DNA of 63,896 nt, the filler included, from Reclinomonas americana ATCC 50394 (taxonomy: Eukaryota): assembly GCA_048213135.1 (NCBI GenBank). It is 5 parts of 4 records of this genome, joined end to end, with 100 filler letters (N's around TTAATTAATTAA, not from the genome) between each part and the next. Parts side by side here need not be neighbours in the genome. Positions count along the whole stretch, not along the records: positions 1 to 30,563 come from PS015054.1; 4 more parts are not named here. The stretch is one strand, 5' to 3'. This document shows, piece after piece, positions 10,556 to 21,888 of the stretch; within the stretch, counting starts at the first letter, position 1, and the number at the start of each line of letters is the position of its first letter. The position numbers and the translations under genes are program-made. Under the pieces are notes generated by a model, which worked only from the letters and a program-made list of their open reading frames with translations, did not search any database and had not been told where the DNA came from.

Positions 10556-12490
10556 TGTGAGAGAGGTGAAAGCAGAGAGCATGTCAAGAGCAGGCAAAGG
10601 CTGATGTATTTTCTCGCATTGCTGTCGCTTGTCTCACGTCGTGCTGTGCAGAGGACAAGCGCGAGATTCAGAAATGGCTTGATGCGTGGCGCAACACACC
10701 GCTGCTGAATCGCGCGCTGAATCACGTGGATGTACCACATGAGACGCTGAAGCGGGAGTACGTGGTGCCTCTCAGCAAGGTCGCTGCGCGTGTGCAGCAG
10801 GATTTCTACCGCACCAAGGAGGTGTGTGGGGGAGGGAGAAGGAGAGAGAAAAAGGGGAAGAAGAAGACAAGAGCAAGTTGAGAGTCGGACAGAGAGAGAG
10901 AGAGAGATCGAAGAAAGAAGAGAATAGCAGGTTGAGAAACGGAGTGAGAGACCGAGCTGTGTGGCAGTGTGTGGTTGAGAGAGAGAGAGAGAGAGAGAAG
11001 AAGAAGAAGAAGCAAGTAGAGAAACGGAGTGAGAGAACGAGCAATGAGGAGTGTGCGTGTTTGGTGTGAGAGAGAGAGAGAGAGCATTTGTGACGTTGGA
11101 AGTCTGAGTGTGTTCCCCCCTCTTCCCGCACTAGTCATTCTTCCTCGACGTGTGGTTCATGATTCGCCTGGTACCGCCGGAGTTGCAGCCGCAGCTGATT
11201 CAGGGAGTGTTTGGGTTGGAGGGTGCGTTATTCTGCTGTCCAGTGCTGGTCGTCGGAATGTGTGCCTGACTTGTTTGCGTGTGTGTCAGACTTGCTGGAG
11301 TTCTCAACGGGTCTCTTCAAGCGCCCTGCCGGGCAAACAGGACCCGGTGCGCGGTCAGCAGGCGGAGCAGGCTCGTCGGCAGCCGCTGGCGCAGCTGGCG
11401 GTGCGGGAGCCGCAGCAGGGGGCGCATCGCGGGCACCCAGAAGCCGCGCACCGGTGCGTTGACTTGTTGTTTCACTTGTGTTATCAATCCGGTCCTCAGC
11501 TCCCTTTGCTGCCGCGCAGCAGAAGCGCGCACGTGACGACGACTTGTCCGACGATGAAACCCCGACAGGAAAACCACGAGCACGAGTTGCGTTCGACGAC
11601 GACAATGCACNNNNNNNNNNNNNNNNNNNNNNNNNNNNNNNNNNNNNNNNNNNNNNNNNNNNNNNNNNNNNNNNNNNNNNNNNNNNNNNNNNNNTGGGAC
11701 GGCTCGGTGGATGAGCATGAACAGTATCGCGATAGTGCGACGGTGAGGAGAAAGGGGGAAGGGAGATGGGAAGGAAAGGGAAAGAGAGTATGCGTGATTC
11801 TGTGTGGGTGTGGGTGTGGGGGAGGTTCTTGTTGGGGTGTGTACGTGTGTGTGTGTGTGTCTTGTGTTTGTGAGAGTGAGCGTGTGTGTGAGAGAGTGTG
11901 TGTTGTGCGTATGTTTGCGGATTTTGTGTGGGCACGTCAGTATGTGAGTGAGTGAGTGATTGTTTGTGTATGTGTAAGCTTGTCTGCATTTCTGTCTGTA
12001 GGTGTGCGTATGTTTGCGAATTGTGTGTGGGCACGTGTGTGAGTGAGTGAGTGAGTGTTTGTTTGTTTATGTATGTGTAAAAGAGTGTTTGCAATTCAGT
12101 CTGTTACTGTGCGTATGTTTGCGGATTGTCTATAGGCACGTGTGTGAGTGTTTGCTTGTTTGCTTGTGCGTGTAAGCGTGTCTGTATTTCAGTCTGTGGT
12201 GTGCGCATGTTGCGTGTTTACGGGCTTGTGTGTGTGTGTGTGTGTGTTTACAAGTATGTTTTGACTCCGCCTGCATGTGCGCTCACCCACTTTTTTTGTT
12301 GACGCAGCGCCACTTGGAGACGCTGCGCGGCGCTCTCGCATTCATGTCATACTCTCCGGAGAACTTCCGCAAGATTGTCACCATCGAGGCCATGATGGCC
12401 GAGTGCCTGGAGACACTCGGCTTCCAGCCCTCGCGCATGACTGGTCGCCCACGCTCTGGCGGTGGTGCGGGTGTGGGGAAGCGGAAGTGA
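8878..12490 (+). CDS. Hypothetical multi-exon protein, no family recognised
   Basis: About 10 exons splice in frame through phase-compatible GT-AG junctions, from MTNYSHVYSEYNRWLVEPD to GAGVGKRK-TGA. Codon usage matches neighbouring genes. One junction lies in a gap. Confidence 0.7.
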
Positions 12491-13752
12491 GTTGCGATGG
12501 AGATCTTTGGAGAAGGGAGAGAATAGGCAGTGAGAGGATGAAAAAAAACGGGAAGAGAAGAAAAGGTGGAGAATTAGTGCTGGGTCGGAAATGAAATCTG
12601 TGATGGCAAAACACGAAAGGGGGAGAGAGAGAAGGTGCGAGCATGCCGTGTTGCAGCAATTCGTCCGTCGAACGAATCACATGTTCGCCATGTGGTCGAG
12701 CACTACCGCGTGTGGTACAGAGCAAAGAACAGCGATCGGCGTGGACGGCGAAGAAGGGGCATGCTGATGATCTGAATACCGATTCCGGTTTGTTTGGTCT
12801 TCGTACGCGTTGACGCGGCGTGTCGAAGTCGTTTTGTTTGCGTGTGTGGCGGGTGCACGTATCTATAGATCTGCGACTAGTATATTCACGGTGTCTGCTG
12901 TTGCACAAGTGTTGCTGCTTGGCAATGAGATCGATCGAAACGGTAATTCGCCATCGATTTCGAGTTCAGCGTACGTCGACGAGCACTCTTGGTTTCGATG
13001 CTGTCGCGACCCATTCTTCTCTCGGCAATCCATCGCAATGAGGCCGTAAATGACTATCTAGCCAGGGGCGATGGAACGATCGCGATCGCCAAGTCCACCT
13101 GCAGTCAACAACGGATCCGGATGAGAAATCGTTGCATTATTCGCGATCGACATGTATTACGCTGGTACTCTGCCTACCTTCTGGTCCTTGTTATCCTTGG
13201 ATGCATCACGTTCGTCCGCCTCCGGCTCTCTACCACAATTGATGATCTCCAGCAAGTTCGAGTTGATTATGAATTTTTTTCAAAGTGGGCGATATCGATT
13301 TTCATCCGGATCCATCGACCGCAGGTCGAAGTCGACTCCCACCTCCCGCCGCACCACATGATCCTTTATATTTTCACGCTTCATTCCACCAATCGCCACG
13401 GAGTAAATGCGTGCTCGACATTGACCGAAAACTGGCTTCGTGAACGTTCCGTTATTGCGGTCGACCAATCGCCACATCGCGCGTGCCTTCTCCTTCTCAC
13501 CCCCCCTCATTCCGCCCATCCTACCACCAGCAGAGCACCACCAAGCGCATTTTCTTATCCTCGGTATATGACCAATAACCGCACCGACATGAAAACCGCA
13601 CGAAACGAAAAAAAGAAAAGTCATTGGACAGCACGTCGCGAGCACGCACCGTCCGGCAATTTTTCAGTGTCGCATCCATCCACCCCACATCGGCAGAGTG
13701 CGCACGGCGCGTGTGAAGGAAACAGAGTGACTGTGTGTGTGCGTACGAGAGG

Positions 13753-16571
13753 ATGGACGGACTCGCGAGAGTGAAACAATCCAAGGAGCGCAGGCCTTCG
13801 CTTCGTTGCGTACAAAAAACGACTTTTTTCTCTCTTTGAGTCTCTCTCTCCTGTTGCGCCTGTGTTTTCTTTGTGTATACTCTTCTTGTCTCTCAGTGCG
13901 TGTGTGCGTGTGTGTGCGAGCGAGTGAGCGAAAAAAGAAAAAGAGAGGCGTGGGGCATTGGCCATCTGCCTCGCTTGTCGCACTTTCTTTTCGCCGCCCC
14001 TCAGTCATGGCACGCGCGATACTGATCATGACTCCTCCCCTTCCCCCCATACAGGCGATCCAGCAAAGAGCCCCTCGGTGAGCACACGCCGCCGCGCCAA
14101 ACGTGTTGTCACACGCGATCTTACTTTTTTGTGTTGCTCAGCACCATCACGCTTCGGGATCTGGATCATTCTCCGCCGTCAATGGCAACCTCCTCGCCTC
14201 GCCATCCTCTGGCTCCTCAGCCGCCGCTGCTGCAGCTGCCGCCGCGGCCGCGGCCGCCGCAGCTGCTGCACCAGTACAGCAGCAGCTGCCACCACCACCG
14301 CCACCACCAGCACAAGATAAAACAGCAGCCGCAGGCTCAGCGGCCGCGCCCCCGGCTTCTGCTGCTGCAGGAGCACCGCGGCACAGTAAGAAGTACGCGG
14401 CGCAGAAGATTGCCGGCAAGGGCGCCTTTGGCACCGTCTACATTGCCGTCGCCGAGGACACGGGCGAGAAGGTCAGTGTGTGCTAAAAGAGTCGATCGAC
14501 CATGTCGCGCGCCATGTTTTTTTTCGTGTTGTTCTCAGCACCCGCTCGTGCTCGTGCTCAGGTCGCCATCAAGAAGGTGTTGCAGGATGAGAGGTTCAAG
14601 GTGAGCCTTTTGTCGTCGCGGTATCTTTTGCACTCTCTCTTTTTGTTTGCTTGTCTTTTTTTTCTCGTTGGTGGCCGTGGCGCGTCGTGCGGTTNNNNNN
14701 NNNNNNNNNNNNNNNNNNNNNNNNNNNNNNNNNNNNNNNNNNNNNNNNNNNNNNNNNNNNNNNNNNNNNNNNNNNNNNNNNNNNNNNNNNNNNNNNNNNN
14801 NNNNNNNNNNNNNNNNNNNNNNNNNNNNNNNNNNNNNNNNNNNNNNNNNNNNNNNNNNNNNNNNNNNNNNNNNNNNNNNNNNNNNNNNNNNNNNNNNNNN
14901 NNNNNNNNNNNNNNNNNNNNNNNNNNNNNNNNNNNNNNNNNNNNNNNNNNNNNNNNNNNNNNNNNNNNNNNNNNNNNNNNNNNNNNNNNNNNNNNNNNNN
15001 NNNNNNNNNNNNNNNNNNNNNNNNNNNNNNNNNNNNNNNNNNNNNNNNNNNNNNNNNNNNNNNNNNNNNNNNNNNNNNNNNNNNNNNNNNNNNNNNNNNN
15101 NNNNNNNNNNNNNNNNNNNNNNNNNNNNNNNNNNNNNNNNNNNNNNNNNNNNNNNNNNNNNNNNNNNNNNNNNNNNNNNNNNNNNNNNNNGCAGCTCACC
15201 GACACGATCTTCAGCAGCTGATCGAGATTCGAGTCGCCGCAAAACAGCGGAGTGCCCGTCATAATCTCGGCCATGACGCATCCAATCGACCAAATGTCGA
15301 TAGCCGTGGTGTAGTCCGTCACGCCAAAGATGAGCTCGGGAGCGCGGTAGAAGCGCGAGCAAATGTAGGCGACGTTGGGCTCGCCGGGGATGAGGCGCTT
15401 GGCGGAGCCAAAGTCGCACACCTTCAGCACCGAGCTGCGCGTGTCCACGAGGATATTTTGTGGCTTAATATCACGGTGGCAAATGCCCAGCGAGTGCACG
15501 TAGGCCAGCGACCGGCACAGCTGGAACATGAACAGCTGGAGGGCGAGAGATATCAGCACACACATATCGATCGATAAGAGAAGAGTTCTTGGGAAAATTC
15601 ACCTTGACGTGGAGCATGGGAACGCGGGACTTGGCCTTGTGGTACGACCTGATGACACCCTCGAGTGTGTCGGGGACGTACTCCAGCACCAAATTCAGAT
15701 ACACCTCGTCTCGCTGAGCAGAAGAAGAAANNNNNNNNNNNNNNNNNNNNNNNNNNNNNNNNNNNNNNNNNNNNNNNNNNNNNNNNNNNNNNNNNNNNNN
15801 NNNNNNNNNNNNNNNNNNNNNNNNNNNNNNNNNNNNNNNNNNNNNNNNNNNNNNNNNNNNNNNNNNNNNNNNNNNNNNNNNNNNNNNNNNNNNNNNACAC
15901 GCACGCCTGCCATCAATCTCCACACCACTCGCTCACCTCACTCTCGTGCTTCGCAGATTCTTGGCACCCCGACGCCTGCTCAACTCCAGGTGTTGAATCC
16001 CAAGGTGCCGGAGAACAAGTTCCCGGTGGTGAAGGGCAAGAGCTGGGACAAGGTGTTGCCGGCAAGTGCGCCGCCAGAGGCCTGCGACCTGATGCACCAG
16101 TTCATGCAGTATGCGCCCGAGGACCGCATCACCGCCGTCGAGGTTTGTTCGTTCGCTCTCACCCTCCCTTTGCCTCGATATTGAGACTCACCCTATCACA
16201 TCCACCAGGCGCTCGCGCATCCGTTCTTTGAGGAGCTGCGAGACCCGCGCACGGTGCTGCCCAATGGCCAGCCGCTGCCTCCGGTCTTTGACTTCACCGA
16301 CCAAGGTGACTGACTTGCACCACCTCCCTACGTTGTCGCCGTTCCTCACACTCATCTCACAGAGCTCTCGCAATGCTCGGACGAGCTCCGTGAGCACTTG
16401 TTGACAATCTCACGCTCGGTGATGTCCATGGACAGCGCCGCCGGCTCCTCGACCGCCTCACCCGATCGCGACTTGTGCGACCAATTGTCGTCATCGCTCC
16501 GCATTCAGCAAGTCAGTGCGAGCAGGGTCGCGACCGCCTCTGGTTCTCGGCCCACCGACAGCACCTACTAA
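13753..16571 (+). CDS. GSK3: Glycogen synthase kinase 3 / shaggy-like kinase; central exons (15191-15730) are assembled on the opposite strand between two gaps
   Basis: + strand: [11 protein letters not shown]...[13 protein letters not shown] and, later, ILGTP...[24 protein letters not shown]. - strand: [10 protein letters not shown]...[14 protein letters not shown]...[32 protein letters not shown]. Confidence 0.93.
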
Positions 16572-17323
16572 GCGGTGGTGTCTGTCGGTGGTTGGGCATG
16601 AGAGGATGGAGGATATGGGCGTGAGGGGTGTAGTGGGCTGGTTGGTGTGGTGTGTGTGTGTGTGTGTGCGCGCACAAGCGCGTGAGGCTCGGAGGCGGAG
16701 ATGAGGATGGGATAATTGACGAGTGTGACGACGAGGAAGTCGAGGAGAGAAGGATGTGTGGGAGCGTGTGGGCGGCTGTGGAAGACGACGGTGGAGGAGA
16801 ACGAATGGAGGCACGAAAAATGCGAGCGTGGAGGGGCGGACGGACGACCTGTGGAGGTCGCTTTTCGCCCCAGCCAGTGTTGCTCGGCCCTCCTTGTTCT
16901 CTCCTCCTCTCGCAGTTTTTTCTCGCACTGTCCAGGCGTTCTTCTTGCATTTCCTGTTGTATGCTCTTCTTCGTTTTTTTCTTGTTGCAGACATGGTGCA
17001 TGCGTTTGCGTGTCTTGTGTCGCGCTCGGGCCCGTCCTCTAATTTTTGTCTGTTTGTCTCGTGCATGTGTGTGTGTGCGTGTGTGTGTTGTTAGGCTTTT
17101 TGCCGTGTGTATCGGTGCTGTTATGAGTGGAATGCTTTTTGCTGCAACCGCTGCTGAATGCTGACGGAGAGGGAGAAAGAGAAGAAGAAGAAGAAGAGAA
17201 AAGAGAGAGAGAGAGAGAGAGTGCACGAGACTCTCTCGCTCACCACCCAACTCGCGTCAACAGTGCGGCTGTTTTTGGTGATTTGTGCGTGTGGAGTCAA
17301 GGAAAATTGTAAGTTGATAGTTT

Positions 17324-19249
17324 TCATGCCACACCCTCCGAAGTTCTTTCAGTGTCGGCCGCCGCGCCCGTAGCAGGAGGTGGCTGAGTAGAGGAGGCGG
17401 GGACAGGCCGGTTGGCGGCTGCCAGAAGCATGCGAGCCAGCTCGTGATGACCGGCGGCTGCGGCCACAGTTGCCGGTGTCATCCACGATTGTCGTCGTTC
17501 GGGTTCGGCCGCCGGTGCATTCGCCGATGTGGCGGCAGCTCCGGTGGTGGTGGCTGTAGTCGGTGCAACTGGAGCACCGGGAAGTGTAGGTGACGGCAGG
17601 CGACTGGCGTACATCGTCGACACGGATGCCGCTGTATGGCTGCCGTGCGCGGCAGCGGGCATGCGGGCTTGCCGATTGACATCGGCACCGCGCGCAAGGA
17701 GCATCTCCACAATGGCGGTGTGATTCTTGGCCGCGGCCACCATTAGCGGCGTCACACCACTCGCCAGTCCCTCGTCGACCCCGATATCAGTGTGCTGCAA
17801 CAGGTATTCCACCACCGCCGTCTGTCCACCCTGGCAGGCCACAAACAACGGATTGCCGCCGACATCGCACAGGCCGCGATGCACGTCGGCACCGGCCTCC
17901 ACCAGCCGCCGCACGCACTCCAGATGACCGTACTCGGCGCACACCATGAGCGCCGACGCCCCGTTACCGTGACTCTGATTTACGTTTACTGCAAGTGGCG
18001 CGTGGCGGTGAGCTCCACATGGATAAACACAAGCGACGGTGACGATAATAGCGAACCATGTTGCTCCAGCAAGTAGGCGCAGACATTGGCGTGACCATTC
18101 TGGCAGGCGGCAAAGAGCGCACCAGCGGTCCCGTTTCCGAGCATCACGTGATGCACATCGGCGCCGTGTGCCACCAGGAAGCGACACATGTCGAGGTAGC
18201 CACCGTCGGCCGCCACCATCAGCGGCGAGCTGCCGGCGGCCGTCACCACATTCACATTGGCGTGGCACTCCTCCACCAAATACTGCACCACCGGCAAGTG
18301 TCCCTGCTGACAACTCGAAAACAGCGGCGTCACTGCATCGCCACGTGAGCCTTCAATCACTCACGCCTGTGCGCAAAAAACGACGCGCCACCACCCACCT
18401 CCCTGCGAGTCGGCCACATCCGGCGTGGCCCTGCCCAGCGTCACCAGCAACCGAACGCACTCCAGATGCCCGTGATACGCCGCCATGTGCAGCGACGTGA
18501 CACCGCCCGCCTGCCCCGCTCCACTCACCGGCACATCCCATCGCGCACCCCGCCTCAACAGCAACTCCACGCACTCCGCATGGCCTCGCATCGCCGCTCG
18601 AAACAGCGGGGTTCCACCTCGTGCCTCTGCAAGCCACACCATCAATCAGTCGCCGAGGCAAAGACGACGATCTTTGTGAGGCAGCAAAGACCTGCTGCGC
18701 TCTTGGGCGTGGCCACTGGTGCACCAGCCTCTAACAGCAACTGCACAATCGCCGTGTGCCCTCGCGAGCATGCCAAGTACATCGCCGATCGATCGGACCC
18801 ATCGCGCGCCACACTCGCCTTGAGTGCGTGTTATTAGCGACAGACTCACAGCTCCGCCTTTCGCCGAACACACTCACCAGTCGCTTGTTCTTCTGCAACA
18901 TGGCTCTCACTGCGGCCTCGTTGCCGCTCTGCACGGCCTCCAGCAACTGACGAACTTCAGTGGCGGTGCGCGTGGCACTGTCCGCAAAGGCCGATGCCTT
19001 GGCCGCGCTCACCAGCGGCACAGGACCGGGAGAGAGAGGCAGCTCGTTGTGACTGTGTCGAAGTTGACGTCGGCGATCGGCGTAGGGAACAATGGTGTGT
19101 TGTTGACAGCAGGCTGAGTGTTTGATTGAGAGAGTAGTGAGTGGCGGTTGAAAGAGAAATCGATTTCCCTCAGAGTGAGAAAGTGAGTGTGTGAGCGTGT
19201 GTGTGAGTGTGAGTGAGTGGTGTGTACGTGGAGGCACACCGTTTCCCAT
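17324..19249 (-). CDS. Ankyrin-repeat protein with a predicted N-terminal acylation motif (MGNACC), 5 introns
   Basis: About 10 ankyrin repeats (GTPLFRAAMRGHAECVELLL, TSLHMAAYHGHLECVRLLV, SPLMVAADGGYLDMCRFLV, TPLMVAAAKNHTAIVEMLL). The first intron joins MGN to ACC. Confidence 0.88.
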
Positions 19250-19597
19250 TGGCGTTGCTTGAATCGTCTTTTCTCGCGTCTCGCGACAAGATCACACTGG
19301 CAATGTGTGTCCCGCACCACAGATATCGAACCGACGTGCGGGTTGGGTTTGAAGGCGTGTGTGTTATCGCGACGCTTGCGGATGAATCGCTGTATGTCGG
19401 CGATAAACTATATGCCCAAACGCGGTGAGTGGTGCGAGGCGCAATTCACTCAACACCTTTTCGTTGTCTTCGACGTCGAGATCCACACTACTCAAGTGGT
19501 CGCTCACTTCTAGCTGCCGTGTGCTACTACTCTTTCTCCGTACGGCCCCCGTTGCTTGAGAAAGAAACCAAATAAAGCCCAAATCTGCTGATTATTA

Positions 19598-20509
19598 TTA
19601 TGTAGCAGCACTTTCGCCATTAGCCCTCATCGCTCCATCACCCTCCGCAGCCATAACAACGTCGGATGCTAGTGGTGGTTGTGCAGGAGGAGGAGGAGGT
19701 GGTGGTGGAGGCGGTGGAAGAGCAGCAGGTGGCAAAGGACGAGGTGGACCAGCGTACTCGGCCTGCAACGCCACCAGCAGCTGCGAGCGCTGCGCCTCCG
19801 ACAACCTGCGTATGCGAGCCAGTAGCTCCCGCGCCTCCGCATCAATCACCGGCACCTCCTTGGGCTTACTCCGCTGCCGCGCCAGCACCAAAAACGGTTC
19901 CGAAGTCAACACAAACTGCGCCTGCGGTCGCCTCCCCGTGGCCGGCGGCTGCTGCTCATACACGCTAATCTCCAAGTGAAACGGTGCCTCCGCGTGCCGC
20001 TTACTGGTGGTGTTGAAGCGAAACGATAGCTCCACTGCCAGCTCGCCCTCTGCCTCGCGCACGACCAAGCCCGCCTGCAAGCAATCGCCCACTAGCCCGC
20101 GTTGCGACTCCTCCAGCCCGGCCTTGTGCGTCGGCACCAGTCGCCCACTGGCATGGTTCACCAAGTCCACCTTCATGACACACAATGAGCGCAGAGGAGA
20201 GAGAGAGAGACACACACAGTGCGAGCGTTACTCTCTCACCATTGCCCACCAGCCTGCGTGCTGCATCGCTGGTGGATCGCCACGCACGCGCACTCGCACA
20301 GTGTACACAGCAGTGGCCACCAACTCACTCTCCAGTCGCCGTGAGAAGACGCCTTCTGCGCGATTTCGTCGGCAACATCGTACTTGACATGACGCCTGTG
20401 TGCGCGCGTGAGTCAAGCGAGTGAGACGCGCTGTACACGCACACAGACAGACCTGCATGTGGTGCAGCGCGAACATGCTGCTGCTGGTGGCCTGCACGGA
20501 CCACGCCAT
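19598..20509 (-). CDS. Hypothetical protein with a beta-rich domain, a helical segment and a poly-Pro tail; possibly a p53/STAT/CudA-like Ig-fold DNA-binding protein
   Basis: Three exons splice in frame. The segment LSFRFNTTSKRHAEAPFHLEISV...VLTSEPFLVLARQR recalls Ig-fold transcription-factor cores. Family call is by eye only. Confidence 0.5.
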
Positions 20510-20562
20510 CGTGTAGTGAGACTGTTGACAAAGCGAGCAGCATTCTGTCACCACTCACACTC

Positions 20563-21647
20563 ATGACAGCAGGCAGTGAAGCGATCGCCTTTGTTCGCGC
20601 CAACGGCTTCTTTGCCGCGTACTTTGTCGGTGTCTCATGGCTGTGGTCATCACCCACTGGCGTTTCGTTGGCTCCTCCCTCCTCTCATGTCTTCTCTCCG
20701 CAATCACTACTGACAAGATCTTCTCTGCACTGCTCAAGCATCGATTGTGGTCGCGCGTGGAGTCCATTGGTGAGACGCCGAGCATGATTCTGTTCCTGAC
20801 CTCGGCGCTGCTGCCGACGGTGGTGTACTGGGCGCATTCGTTGGTGCTGATGATTGCGGACGCGTGGTCGCTGGTGCCGGTGCGGTACAAGACGCAGCCG
20901 AGCATGCGCTGGCGTTTCCGCGAGGCCATGAGTGCGGTGCCTGGTGTCCTCTCCAACACGGTGTTGGTGGCGTGGACGACTGCGTTTCTGGGCAACAGTG
21001 TGGCGCTGTTGCCGGCGGGTGTGCGCACCGAGGCGGAGGCGCTGCCGTCGTTCTGGCACTGCTTGCTGCTCATGGCCGTGTGTCCGCTGGTCACGGAGGT
21101 GTTCTTCTTCTACACGCACTGGGTGATGCACTATCCGCCGCTGTACGCTCTCATCCACAAGCAGCACCATACGTGGACGGCCCCAGAGGTTCTTTGCTCT
21201 TGCTTTCCGAACACCGCATCCACAGAGTGAGTGAGTTGCTCAGGTGTCGCGCAGGGGTTCACGGCGGTGTATTGCCACTGGATCGAGCATCTGGTCGTGA
21301 ATCTCGTCTCGGTGCTGGCGCCGGTTGTTCTCACCGGAGCTCACGCGGCGGTGGCAGCCTCGTGGACCACTCTTGCCGTGCTCAACACGGTCAATTCGCA
21401 CTCGGGCTACGCGTTGCCGGGCTTCCCCTCCCCGCTCTCCCACGATTACCATCATGCATCGTTGCGCGGAGAAGGGAAAAAGATGCGAGACAACTCCGTC
21501 CACCGCTGGCTCATCTCCGTGCGTATGCGCAGGTTTGACTACAACTATGGCGTGCTGGGCCTGCTGGATGCGCTGCACGGGACCGACAAGGGCTACGACA
21601 AGTACTGCGAGCGGTTTGCTGCGCGGCAAGTGCCTGCAGGTGAGTGA
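20563..21647 (+). CDS. Fatty acid hydroxylase / sterol desaturase superfamily protein (FAXDC2/ERG25-like), 3 introns
   Basis: Three histidine boxes HWVMH, HKQHH and HDYHH, plus YCHWIEH and the terminal NYGVLGLLDALHGTD. Confidence 0.92.
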
Positions 21648-21888
21648 ATGGGTTACCGTCGACGTTCTCATCGTCGACGTTGACTGATTCGGTGAATGCA
21701 CAGACGCAGTGCCGTCAAAGGCACACCAGCAATAGTTGCTGCAGTGAGGCAGATGATGTACATGTAGACTCCCCCTTGTTCTGCTGATCTTGTGTTTGGG
21801 ACACTCGACGTTTTGCGAGAGCAGTTGTGTTGCCCGCCCGAAAAGGGCGTTTTATCTATTCCACACCGTACACACGCACAGCACCGCC

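Noticed and set aside
12989-13774. 261-aa ORF upstream of GSK3
   Set aside because: No recognisable motifs, atypical codon usage and a non-ATG start.
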